From positions 91,140,001 through 91,204,000 of the forward strand of contig OX597814.1 in NCBI GenBank assembly GCA_951406725.2: a stretch of DNA of 64,000 bases, written 5' to 3'. The stretch is from Octopus vulgaris. Lineage: Eukaryota. This document shows, piece after piece, positions 37,820 through 50,697 of this stretch. The notes below the pieces were generated by a model. It saw nothing but the letters and a program-made list of their open reading frames with translations, was not told the origin of the DNA and did no database searches. The position numbers were made by a program, and so were the translations under genes. How positions within the stretch are numbered: the stretch's first letter is position 1; each line of letters starts with the position of its first letter.

Positions 37820-38120
37820 GTCCATGCTGAGGCACGGCCCTGAAGGGTTTCAGAGAACAAATTGAAAGCAGTACAGCACGTTGTAAGTCTCGAGTTTAGA
37901 CTAATAATCTACGTTTACAAACCGCTATATTATTCAAACTAAGCAAACCAACATCGGTTGTCAAACGGTGTATGGGACAAACACAAAGACACACACAATC
38001 ATACAAACACACACACACACGCACATGACAGGCGTCTTTCATTTTCCGCAAAGTGGGACCGGACCTAAGATCACATGTTTAGAAAATCGCCTTCTGAGCT
38101 ACGCAGCTCCGCTTGCGCTG
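37820..38120 (-). mobile_element. Degenerate SINE (family of 38349 and 48920)
   Basis: CATCGGTTGTCAA..GGGACAAACACA..(CA)n..GTGGGACCGGACC. Confidence 0.6.
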
Positions 38121-38314
38121 ATGTTTTTCATGTAAGTTCTAACTACAAAATGTTGCTATCGTTTACACAGAAAATACTATGGAGAAACGTCGAAGAATCA
38201 AAGGGCAAAAGCATACTCCAGAAGCCCTTAACTGTTTCGTATATTCACCTCCCACACATATGCGTGTGTGTATGTATGTGCACCTGTATATATATATATA
38301 TATACACACACACC

Positions 38315-38348
<34 letters not shown>

Positions 38349-38349
<1 letters not shown>

Positions 38350-38547
38350 TTTACTTGTTTCCAGTCATTTGACTGCGGCCATGCTGCAGCACCACCTTTA
38401 GTCGAGCAAATCGACCCCGGGACTTATTCTTTGTAAGCCCAGTACTTATTCTATCGGTCTCTTTTGACGAACCGCTAAGTGACGGGTACGTAAACACACC
38501 AGCATCGGTTGTCAAGCAATGCTAGGGGGACAAACACAGACACACAA

Positions 38548-38570
<23 letters not shown>
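38349..38570 (-). mobile_element. SINE 3' half (abundant family with an internal CA/TA microsatellite)
   Basis: TTTTACTTGTTTCCAGTCATTTGACTGCGGCCATGCTG...GAACCGCTAAGT...CATCGGTTGTCAAGC, shared with 48920 and 54750. Confidence 0.8.
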
Positions 38571-38637
<67 letters not shown>

Positions 38638-39334
38638 GTGTAAATGTATCATAAGTCACTTGTGAGATATTTCATGAGTGCTACTTGTAACTGCTGCATG
38701 GTCGTGTCGTCGGCGACTAAATCGGCAGCCACACGAAGCTTGCACGCTGAAGACGGTTGTAAAAACCTAGCAGGATTCAAACCAAGACCTGTGAAAAGAA
38801 TGCAAGAAGCAAGTGAAGCCTCCACAACGATCTATTAATACCAGGGCTATCAGAAATTCCAGATTGGTGCCTGTCGTTCTGGTAGACCACAGGGAGCGAG
38901 ACACTCCTCAGCTTTTGCTATAACCTGCGTCAGGAAACATATCACTTAGATATCTATCCGGATGTGAGGCAATGGCATTGGGGATTTTAGGGATCTTTTC
39001 TTGGTACTCCCATATATCTGAATCTGAGATTCTTGTATGTTGGCACTGGATATCTTTCCGTAGCTTATCTCTGGAACACACCAATAGCGTAGAGAAGGTC
39101 TGTGGTGTTTTGCAAGCCTCATTTAACGTAAAATATTAGGTTGCAGGATTGCTAGTGAGGTGACTTCTCAATAACCAATAGGGGCGGAGGGCGGCACTAC
39201 ATGGATGGAAACTGTGGGCGCGGCCCTAGGTTAAGCGGACCGCAGGTACAATAAACTTGAGCGTGGACATAGATGATATCTTTACATAGGCCTTGTCCGT
39301 AGTGATCTTCCACGGTCACGAGTAGAGGGCTATC

Positions 39335-39761
39335 GGGTCTTTTCCGTTTGAACGGCAGTTTTTAAAATAATTTCCACGTAACTAAACACTTTTAAACTTC
39401 ATATACTGGTAGAATGTGTTTATAAAACATCTACATCTTTTTCTCTCGGCTTTATTGAGAAAATTCCATAGTTTGTAAGATATTTGTTGTTTTTTTTCTT
39501 CAATTTCTGCAATTTCAACCAGTCAATGACGTCTATTGAGTTGAAAATATGTGCCGTATGAATGTGTCCCTCGTTTAAGAAACAGATTGGGTTTATTACA
39601 TTTCTGAAGAAAAAAGGATACCCTTCCCCCCACCCCTAACCTTAACTAACCCTCACCCTATAACAGATTGAAATACAATAGATCGATACTATGGTCATAA
39701 TCATGGGTGACAATTTCATATGACACCGCTAGAAAAACTGCCGTTCAAACCGAAAAGATCC
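39335..39761. mobile_element. Merlin-like MITE (427 bp)
   Basis: TIRs GGGTCTTTTCCGTTTGAACGGCAGTTTTT / AAAAACTGCCGTTCAAACCGAAAAGATCC. Perfect 8-bp TSD GGGCTATC at 39327-39334 and 39762-39769. Internal CCCTAA-like stretch. Confidence 0.9.
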
Positions 39762-40089
39762 GGGCTATCTTGTATCTATATACGTGTATTATTTTCAGCA
39801 GTTGTCAGTTATCTAACCTCCGGAATAAAATATTTATCATACTTATTTGTATGTATTGATAAAACATATCGCCTTCTAGTGTACCTAAACATAAATTAGT
39901 TTTATATTATTAACTAAACTGCACAAATAGAGATGAAGAGTGTAGCTGATCTCAACAGTTGCTGGAGCAGGCCACCGTTGTAGAAGTCAAACTCAGTACA
40001 TATGAAAACTAATTTTCTTTCTCGGCATTGGTAATTACTATCCATAACGTAAATCATCATTGTATACTCAATATATATGCACACCCATG

Positions 40090-41803
40090 CACACACATAC
40101 ACACATATACATACATACAAAGGAGAAGAAAGTAAAACCTTTGAATGTAGACCCCCATCCCACGGCCACCCCACACCCAACTACACCCACTTTTCCCCAT
40201 CCTCTCTCCTACAGACACCAACACCCACTCCCCTCCAACACAAAGAAAAACGCAGGCACGCAAGAGTTCCAAAACCTCCCCTCCCCGGCCGGTGTTAAAA
40301 GAAAATACGGAGTAATATACGACAGATCAAATATAGAACTCTGCAAAGAGATAGACACTTGTGAAGGCGTAATAACAGTTAATATGGCAACTAATACTGG
40401 GATACCATGGCGTTATAATTGTGTGCTGACAACCCAGGATTAAATGTCAAAAATAGTGAATTACAGTGATAACTTTGAATACTGGGGGAAAACAATGGAC
40501 ACCAGTCTGTTGCCAAGATACATAAACTATCTTGATCTCCGAGAGCATTACAAAATTGATATTCTACAGCCAGACAGTGCTAGATCGTACGCTACGGTAG
40601 ACGTGCGCTTCGAAAATGAAGACGAAGCGAAGGGGAACGCAGCGACAGTGTTGAGATCGGAAAGATGGGTTTTGCTCCCTACTTATTGTGGAAGGGGAGC
40701 GGTGAGAATGCGAGTAAGCAGAGTCCCACCGGAGCTTGATACCGAAGGAGTGGTAGGTGCAATGATCTGCAACTGCTGGGAGAGTGTGGACATGCTTAAT
40801 GCGGAGAGGTTGAATGAAATAAGCTGGTGGGGTTATGCGGTACGAGCCTTAGTCCATGTAACCATGCCAGATTTGTAAAACATCCCGGAGGAGTTGGTGT
40901 TCCCCGACGAGACACGACTGAAAGTCGTGGTGGAGCGGAGACCTCCAGTGTGTTATAAATGTAAGAGAAGAGGGCACATGAAGGGGGTGTGTCCTGAAGG
41001 AGAAATACAATATAAGAAGATGACACTGGAGGAAGCAATAAGAGCTTTGACAGAGGATTTAGGAGATAATTTGGAAAGTGACGACGAGTTGGTGAGGAGA
41101 GAGAAGAGGAGAGAACAAAAGAAAGAGAGGATAGAAAGCGAAAACGGGTGGAATCACCACCCAAAGGTAAAAAAAAAGAGAAAAAACTAAAAAGAAGTAT
41201 GCTGACGAGACGGAGGAACGAACGCACGAAGAGAGAGATACAGCAATTAAAGTGAGTGAAGGTTCAAGTTGGGAGGAAGCGATAAAATGGTCAACAAAAG
41301 TGGAAGAATGTATGAAAACATGCAAGGAAGGAGGACGACCCAAAGGAAAGAATCTCAGAGCCGTAATATTGTACACAAAAGATAAAGAAATTGAGAAAAA
41401 GTTAGCAGTAACGAAGAATCTAACCAGAGTGAAATTGAACCCGAGGATGTACGATGACGAAACAAAGGCTGCAATAGTGGAAAAAGAGACGGTAAATAAA
41501 TTAATAAAATTGTTTTCAGATACTGTTGTAACCATAAAGCTTTACGTTCGATATGACAGTTTGCCCGGAGTTATAGAGGAAGATGAATTACTCGTTTACA
41601 TTACGGACGAACACCCCAGATAGTATAACTGTAATATAAATGAAACTGCAAGCTTTGGGCGACTCGTAAGCAATTTCATTAATTCATTGTTAATAATTAA
41701 TTTCATTTCATATCATCCTTTTTTTTTTATTATATGTACCCCATGTCCTGTATTGTATTGTTATGTCCCCGCTTGAGTCAGGCCATTGTGCCTATAATAA
41801 AGA
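40090..41803 (+). mobile_element. Tx1/L1-clade ORF1-only (HAL1-like) retroelement, ORF broken by stops and frameshifts
   Basis: ORF pieces at 40444, 40894 (CYKCKRRGHMKGVC knuckle) and 41252, then 3' UTR ATGTACCCC..GTCCCCGC..AATAAAGAG. No EN/RT. Confidence 0.75.
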
Positions 41804-41879
41804 GAAAAGACAGTGCTGGATCGAATTAAGGTCGTGTAAACAGAATAAAAGAAGTCTCTCTGATGTGGAGTCGAAAAAC

Positions 41880-41990
41880 TTCATTTCATCTTTTCATTTT
41901 CAAATTTTTCTTTCATTCGTTCTTTTTTTTGTCCCCGCATGTTTTGTGTTGTCCCCTCTGTATTTACCCCGTGTGCGAAATAAAGAATTA
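41880..41990 (+). mobile_element. Additional Tx1-like 3' tail
   Basis: TTGTCCCCTCTGTATTTACCCCGTGTGCGAAATAAAGAA. Confidence 0.55.
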
Positions 41991-42016
41991 GATTTATTGC
42001 AGCTGTCTCGTTGGGT

Positions 42017-42842
42017 ATGGACACAGTCTTGCGTACTTCAGCGTTCATTCTATTCCTGCAATGTTCATTAACATATGCCATAATTTTCAATACGACTATC
42101 ATTTCAGAAAGATTTTCCAAGTCTATGAAGTACACGAATTTTAATGCAACAGAAATTTTATCTACAACAGAAGGTGGAACTCGGAACATACCAACTTGTA
42201 AATATTATGATAGAATCGGTTTTAGTAATGTAAATGTTCTAAACTCGGATGTTTCTTCTCATAAACCAGACGGAAACCATTTTATGCCCGAATCTCGTAA
42301 CTTCATGCCCTCAATTAATCCTACTAAAAGTGACGATCTTTATAGTTAGACGATCTTTATAAAAGTTAGACGTTCTTTATACCAGTTTCTATACAGTTAA
42401 AATGCATCACAACGTACTAAACACAACTCCATATACTGTAAGATATTTACCCACGAAAACCTTTCTTCTCAAATCAAGAATATAAAGAAATGCTAACAAA
42501 TCGATGTCCCAGGTTTCCTATACGGCAGTAGTTTCAGTAACAACAATGGAAGAGGCGGATAACGAATTTTTGTTCAGTACATTACGAACTACAACAATTG
42601 TATATAATGACATAACAAATATTGATTCAAGCGTAATACCTACAACCGGACACTCTACAAATATAACATTGTCAACCACTTCTGTCGTCATCGTAGTGGT
42701 TATTCTAACTTGCTTTTTACTGAACGGATGTATCTATCATGTGTCTGTCATTGTGTTAATTACAGAACGACTCGAAGTACTTCAAGTGTGCAGCGCGTAC
42801 AATATTATCCTGCCCTATCAAATGGAAGTGTACATGTATTAA
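42017..42842 (+). pseudogene. Disrupted type-I membrane glycoprotein gene, probable paralog C
   Basis: Signal-like SAFILFLQCSLTYA. A local GACGATCTTTATA triplication shifts the frame. In-frame KSRI*RN (TAA at 42483), T-rich stalk, and TM VVIVVVILTCFLLNGCIY. Confidence 0.65.
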
Positions 42843-44480
42843 TGTAGGCAAAGTATACCCGCAAATCATGTCTTAAGGCAATACTTATTTCCCTTATCCT
42901 ACAGAATTTTAGTTTTAGCTTTACTCTTCATATTACACTCCGAAATTATTCGCAATAAAACGATTAAAATTTTAACTCCGCAAAGAGTAATTTGAATTTA
43001 GATAGACAATATGTACATATCGTTTCTATATCTTTACAAAAGTTAGCACATTATGTATTTAAGTACCGTTTGCTCATTTTATATTTCTTGCCGCGATGGT
43101 TAAAAAATCAGTTGTTTTGTCTATTTATGTGTTTCGCCCCCTATGAGCAATAAAGAAATTGGAAGTGTTTCTGTTTGAAGCCGTTTTGCACGGGAGGGAA
43201 ACTATTTGACGTAAAAATTTTACAAATTTTGATCGTGAAACTGAAACCGACATAATGGACTACATTTCACAGGAAATTAAATCTTTGAAATGGTTCTTTA
43301 TGTTAACCGTTAACCTGCAAACGTTTTGTCGTTGTTATATTGCAAGTTAGATCAGAGTACAAGAATATTTCTAGAATGTTTTCTCTAAAACAAAACCCTG
43401 CTGAAATTTTTTTTTTCAAGATATTACTCCTGTGTATAGAGGCAAATAAAAAAAAAATAGGTAGGATTGTGTTTTCCCGCGGCACTGAGGTATGGGTTGA
43501 TTTTGAACAAAATTTAATGTGTCAACGAGAAGGAATATATCCATAAGTATGTCTGACGTACGAGTAAAAACAATGCTAAATTTCTGTATTGAAACAAATT
43601 ATCCTACATAAACCTATATGAAGACTAGTGGAGGTATCAATTGATATGTTTTAAACCAAATTTCCCTGTAGTTCCAAAGATTTTTTTGCTTGTTTTTTGA
43701 CACGCACATACATACTTTTGAAATTACATTAATCTTAAAATCCTACTCTGCATAAATATCATTTATACTTCATAAAATTCCACGAATCTTTTCGCAGTTT
43801 TATTAGCTCCACCTAAAATAAAATCGTATGATTATGGAAATGCTTTCAAATGTTTAGGGTTTTATTCACATTCCTCCTCAGTATTATTGATTCTACTTCT
43901 TTTATCAGGTATTTGAAGAGAAAATATTCATTATCTTTCGAGTCTCTTGATTTTTATCGGATTATAAATCCAGAATTTGAGAGAAATCCTCCCCAACAAC
44001 CTCGTTTGATGTAAAATACAATTAGACTTGGTTTTCACCGCGCAAAACTAAATTGGATATTGCAGTAAAGTCCCATAAATCCATCCAAATCTATGAATTT
44101 TTCCCATTCCCTTCTTCATTGACATGTTTTATAGATGTCCGTGTTTTTGCTACCGGGTTGTTCGAAAGGAAATGGATGAACATCTATCTCACCATGATAT
44201 TTATTACTTAAAACCACGCATAAACTATTTTACAGAACATTTGAGTACAGTCCTCGTAACTGGGGCTTTACAAATATTTGTAAGCCCGCTAACAATGTAT
44301 ACTGTTATTAGGGTCACTCTTATTATGGTCACAATGCTTAAAAACTTCTTGTGATAGGTATTGTATATAATATTTTCAGATTCATTCATCATTTATTCGG
44401 TAGTGTATCCTATTACCCCCGGCTTGTTTCTTCCGTCTTTCCTCCTACAGGAGTAATTTCCACTGCAGTCCAGTTTAAGC

Positions 44481-44519
<39 letters not shown>

Positions 44520-44599
44520 TAGATAGATAGATAGATAGGTAGGTAGGTAGATGTGCGTGCGTGTACTTGTCTGTGTATTATTTTATTCACTTAATTTTA

Positions 44600-44990
44600 T
44601 GTTCATTCTTTTACCACCTTCAAATTTCTCTCCATTTGAAGCCATGCATCGGTTCAGACGCATTTTCTACTGTTCGAAGCAGTCTCGGAACTCGTGGATA
44701 TCGATGCCTTTAAATGCTTCCATCTGATGTTTCTTTTTCACATCTGCCAAATGTTTCCTATAAGAACTTTTTTCATTTGGGGGTGGGGTTAATGTGTAGG
44801 AAGCCAGATCAGTTCACGGGGGAGGATGTGTAAGCGGAGATAATGCATATTGTAAGATATTTTTTATTGCACAAATGTTCTCGCACCCAAGAAGGTGTGA
44901 GCAGGAGCATTGTCGTAAGAAAACAACTAATCTCCATTTTGCTACAGATCAGGGTGCTTTTGTCTCTCCGCGTGTTGTAGATGTTTCAAA
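44600..44990 (-). mobile_element. Mariner transposase 3' remnant
   Basis: DNAPAHT on the minus strand near 44900 and a mariner-like C-terminal CFEQ..MRLNRCMASNG stretch. Confidence 0.65.
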
Positions 44991-45059
44991 ACTGCCAAGT
45001 ATTGGGTATCCTATGAATAATACGGTTTTTATACTTTTAGTTTTCAAAATTAAGATAAA

Positions 45060-45700
45060 GTTCTTTTTTTAATCTAAAATATACTGTCCTTCATTTTCTA
45101 CAATGCTCTTCCATCTATCCGGAAGACTTTCAAGGCCCCACTTCCACAAATGACATGTCTGTGACGAAAAATACTCTTTCAGTATTGTTCTGCACTCGTC
45201 TACAGAATTCATATCTTTTTCCGTCCAAATGATTTTGAAGACTGCAGAATAAATGATAGTCACATGGGGCAATCTGCGGCGAATATGGTGGGTGGGCATT
45301 GTTTCCCATTCAAACTGCTCCAGCATTCAAGTTTAAAATTTCAAAGTGGAGTAAACCTTTCATATCCCACCCAACAGATAACCTCTTACAGGGGTGAAGA
45401 TGTTCTTTGGCCTGGGGTGTTAGTGTTTCTCCTTTCCATATACACTGTCATTTTTATTGACAATCATTTTTATAGAGACACCATTTCTCGTTACCAGTCA
45501 CTAATCGATCCAAAAAATGGTTCATTCGCGAGACGTGACAGCAAAGAGCACATATCATTCTTAAAAAACCTTAACACGTCCAAGAAAATTAACTGTATAG
45601 AAACGCCTCAGCACAACGTTTACTCATTTCAGAACCATCTTTTTTTTTCTACATTCATGACAACATTTATCTGATTTTCTTTATATTATGTTCACAATAA
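45060..45700 (-). mobile_element. Mariner transposase remnant (second family)
   Basis: LEQFEWE..HPPYSPQIAPCDYHLFCSLQNHLDGK and GLESLPDRWKSIVENEGQYI. Confidence 0.85.
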
Positions 45701-47162
45701 GCTACATACATGTTAAGTCTGAAATGTCAGCAGATTATATTTGCTAGGATTAAAGTAACTTGTCTTATTGCCTCGGTAACGCAAAGTGAAGTCCATAATC
45801 ACATTTACGTCACATCAAAGGCGGCAATTTGTAAATCACTAATATACCCGGACTTAGTTCGAAATATTTGCGTATATTTTGTAGATTAAGGTAGTAGCTG
45901 CTTTATGGTTATTTGATTTGTCTGGAAGAAATCTTGATTATATGTCTCTATTTCCAACGCATCAGAAATATAGACATTTGTTTGTACTCGAACACTGATT
46001 AACAATATTAGCAGCTACTTACACACGAAATCGCTAATGCGTTTAGGACGTTTTTGACGATTCTGATTATATAGATCTGGAGGATATTATAGAAAACGAA
46101 TCAAATTGAAAACGACTTCGTGACAAATGATACTGCGAATATTTCATTAAAAAATTCAGGGGTCTAAAACTAAGAAAAATCTGCAATTTGAGAAAATACG
46201 AACTGAAACTTGTGTTGCGTAGCAAAAGATTTACAAGTGGTCTCAGGTTCACATTTTGTTGTCGTATTGTTTCTTCAATAACGTTCTTTATCAATGAACG
46301 GCATACTTATATGCATAAAGTGCAAATTATCAACAAAATTGTTTTGCAGTTTCTCAAAAAAAAAAATATTCCTCTGCTCTCGTTGTGATAAAGTCATAAT
46401 TGAATTGTTCGTGTGAGTCTGCTTATGAGTGTGTATGCGTGTTTTTTAGGCTAGTATGTGTATTTGATTGTGGATGTCTGTAATACATGTGTTTTAGCAG
46501 TTTTGGTTATAATGAAATAAACGTTAGCCAGGATTAATATTCTTACTATGAATTGATTTATGTAGGTTGTCTTATAAGAACTTTGTTTGTATATGTCTAT
46601 AGTCATGAATCTGATTTTGTTATTGGTAAACACCAGTGTGTATAATTCTACTAATATTATGAAGATGACCGTCTTTATGGTCAGTAACATTGGAAGAAGA
46701 TTAAATGCTGATACATCAATTAAATCTCTCTTACAACTGCACGTTTTTCATATAAACTTCTTTTTGCAAATGTTATGCGTAGAATGACTTTTGATACAGT
46801 ACGCTGCTCGTTTAAATTAATCTAAGGATAGTTGCTAATTTAAGTACGAATATGAGGGTATTGTGTCATTTTCTTTTGCAGATTTTTATATACACGTGAA
46901 GAGAAAAGAATGTATGTTGCTAGAATTGGTGCGGTCTGAACATATTAGGCTCGTAGAAAATTTCCAATCACCCAAGAATAAAACGTTTATATAAAATATT
47001 CCAAAAGTGGTATAAAAGACTGAGATTCTAAGGGTATAAACCACGCGAGCAAATATGCTAATGGCAATCTTACAGCTGAGACCAAAGTGCTACATACATC
47101 AGTCATTAAACGTCATTAAAAGAAGGCACATGCCTACGATTTATTGGATAAATATATTCGTG

Positions 47163-47211
<49 letters not shown>

Positions 47212-47212
<1 letters not shown>

Positions 47213-48904
47213 TAGAAAATGCACCCGTTCACTGGACGGTGCAAAGTATTATAATAGTGTACTCCTGTAGAAACTTTAAGTTGAACTGGTCTGCAGTTAG
47301 TCGTTTCAAGTTAATAAGCATGCAATGAGATCACAATCGTAGTAGGTATTAGAGATCCTTTGTGTTACATGAAGCGTTTTGTATCATGTACTTATTTTTC
47401 TCGTAATGCCTGACACAACTGCATTGATCTTTTTTAAAATGAAGGTCATGTATAATAAACGAAAGCAAACATTTATAACTAACACACAAATAGAATAATG
47501 GCAGTGTGCAAAAATAAATGTCAGAGCATGCTTATGAGCGAACAGCGTGCGTGAAGTAAGAGCGGTCACTGAAGTTAATGTACTGTCAACAGCAATCAGG
47601 GAAATGAAGCAAAATTCAATGAAATGCGTGCAAGAATTTTGATTGCTAATGTCTAGAGTTTGGCGTAGATGTGAAGATTGCAGTAGAGGAATAACTAGTG
47701 TAGGGCTGCTTTGTAGACGACATCGTTGGTCTTTCCTTCAGGAGTATAGATGAATAGGTTGTCAAGATGGTCGACTCTGAAACAACCGACGTAGAACTGT
47801 CCATGTGAAAAGCACGACGGTCCAATTCGTCGACTGCCTTTTTGCTTTGTTAATTGTCATGGTGAAGCTGAGTTTGAGAGGGTATTGCATAGGTAGGAGC
47901 AATCTGTTGATACTTCCCTTTCTGTTGCAAATGTATCCGATGGTCTTGCACTTCATGTGATTACGTGTCATTCCACATTTATCTAGAATAATTTCGCCTA
48001 CGTATCTATTGCATAGTGTCTATTTCGCAGAGGACATGGGCATTGCATTTATAGTATAAGCCTTTCTAATATCAGTGCAAATGACGTCAGCAGCTTACTG
48101 GAGTTTGTTTTTTTAATCAGTTTTTTTAACTTATTCAATTTCATATTTCAGAATCATATTGAAATGTGTGAGGATTAACAAACACTGTTGTTTCAGACAT
48201 TCACAGACTTCCAGCTACTGCATCAGTTGATCCTTTATGATATCAACTTATGCTGTATCATCATATAGAGGTATTACTAGATTTGTATGATATTGCGCTC
48301 GTTGTAGAATTTTAATATTTATGTTTTGTTTCAAATGTCAAATGTTCTCTACAACATTGAAATACAACTGTAATGTTTATATTCTTGATTGCACTACATA
48401 TTTTTTGTTAATTGCTGGACTCATTTAAAAGTAATTTTACTATCGTTCTTGAAGTTATCATTTAGTAATTTTATTTGTCTGCTAGTTGTTGCTGTTTTTT
48501 TTTATTTTAACTGATTTTGTTATGTTTTTGTATCATTTGCTTTTGTCAATATTAACTGGTTTGCTTGACATTTCTGATTCACGTATTTAATCAGTATTCT
48601 CATCATGACTTTATCTCCTGGAGTAGCTTCGTCACGTGGATTTGAGTGTTTAAGCCGTGGGTTTCTTTTGATTCTGATTTTCAATTAAAACATATTATAA
48701 AATACAAGCACATACAAAATTTCTAAAGAAAAAGTGGGATACGGGAAATAATGTTGCATCATGTACTGGAAAAGTCTGCATTGATTGAATCAAAATCAAG
48801 GCAGACAATACAATGAGTGTTTGTATGAAAACACAAACGGGTACAACAAACACGTATGTATGGCGGGGTGTATTTTAGCGTGTACTATTATCTGTATGAA
48901 TAGA
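47212..48904 (-). mobile_element. Internally deleted, degenerate Helitron with helicase remnant
   Basis: 3' CTAG at 47212-47215 with hairpin GCACCCGTTCACTGGACGGTGC, QYPLKLSFTMTINKAKRQS at 47830-47890, and a putative 5' TC at 48904. Confidence 0.7.
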
Positions 48905-48919
48905 TACATATATGCATAT

Positions 48920-49335
48920 TTTAAACTTGTTTCAGTCATTAGGTTGTGACTTTGCTGGCGTATTACCTTGGAAATTAATAGTCGAATGAATAGAATGCAG
49001 TATTTGTTTAAGTGCTGGTACTTATATTATTGGTCGCTTTTGCCGAACCGCTAAGGTATTGAGACAAACATAACACCATCGGTTTTCAAGCGGTGGGCGG
49101 AGGGACAATCAAACACATACACTTATGTATGTATGTATATATGTGAATATAAATATATATATATATATATACACGACGGGTTTCTTTCAGTTTCAGCCTA
49201 CCAATCCACCCACAAGTCTTGGTCGGCCCGAGACTATAGTAGAAGACACTTGCCCAAGCTGCCACGCAGTAGAACTGAACCCAGAACCATGTCATTGGGA
49301 AGCAAACGTCTTACCACACATCCACTCCTGCGCAT
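48920..49335 (-). mobile_element. Near full-length SINE
   Basis: tRNA-like head at ~49335-49260, central ACGACGGGTTTCTTTCAGTTT block, and the same tail as 38349. Confidence 0.85.
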
Positions 49336-50399
49336 ATATGTCTATAAAAATCTATACATAATGTTACGACATTAATTTAGACATTTCTCGCTGCATATAT
49401 CAATGTATGTAAAAGAGAAAGTAAGCAAAAAGAGAAGAAAACAATCGGAATGGTACTGAGAAAAAGTCAAATACGAAAATTACGCACATGTAAATGTATA
49501 TAAACACATTCCAGATGCACATGGGAAAAACTTTATTTATATGAGTTAAATCTATTACAAATGTAATTTGAAATCCGATAAACGAATAATAGCTTCGTCA
49601 TCTTTGAACTCAATAGTAAAATTAAACAACCGAAACGCTCTCTGAGATCCGCCTGGTACTTTTGAACTACAATATACTTGACATACAGAATAAGCTAAGT
49701 AGAAAATATCGGCAACAGAAGTTATTTCTTTGTTTCCATAAATACTCATACATTTATGTATGTATCTCATTCAAAATATTTTTCAATAACTCCAATATTA
49801 ACGAAAATATATGGCTGATGGTCCATAAGATAAATGAAGTGGAAAGCGGGTAAAGTTTTTAGATATATAGTATAAAAGGAAAGCAAATATCCATAACATG
49901 AATTAAAACTTATTGATGCAAACATCAAAACATCTGCACATGTAATAGGTAAGGTACTGTGCAGTTCAAACATTACCTATAGGTAAATGCAGTACAAACA
50001 TATGATATTTGCAACTCGGTTTCGCTTAATGCCATTGCTTGATTGTTCTCTTGACAATATGCAGAAGGAATATAACTTTGCAATCCTAATGACTTACGCT
50101 CTTTTGTACAGATGTGGCATTAATAGGTTCTATTTGCAGTAGATATACTATTGCTTTGATCAACATTCATAATGCATTTAAACTCTTCCTTATGCACATT
50201 GTTTCTTACACTCTTAGCAAATAGTCATGCGTATGTAATATTTAAGAATCCATTACGGGTTCTAAAACCTTTTTTTCTAGACACACATGCGCACACACTT
50301 AACGTAGTTAATGTGGGTGTAGCCAACATACACAGATCATTTGACTTGAAAATATGAATATATTACTTGAGCTCGTCATGCACAATACGATTTTCTTCG

Positions 50400-50655
50400 A
50401 ATTCCGCCTCCCATCATGCACTGCTTCCCTCCGCAATGAGCGATCTAGAGTGAGATTTTCCTATCACTTTTCTAGGATGTTGATCTCCGAAATATTCTGG
50501 GCTTCAATACTTATATCTTAATCTTCGTTTGTACACCAGTCAATTTTCCTTGCCTAACACCCGATACAGAAATTGCTTTAAGATTCGAACATCCTCCTTC
50601 CTAACCACATAGCTATTCTTTCTGGCAGACAGACTGCATTCCAGGACTTCACTAT

Positions 50656-50697
<42 letters not shown>

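Noticed and set aside
46451-46690. Fourth glycoprotein paralog (signal-like MLLTIKTVIFIILVELYTLVF)
   Set aside because: No family motifs, stalk or TM could be traced downstream.
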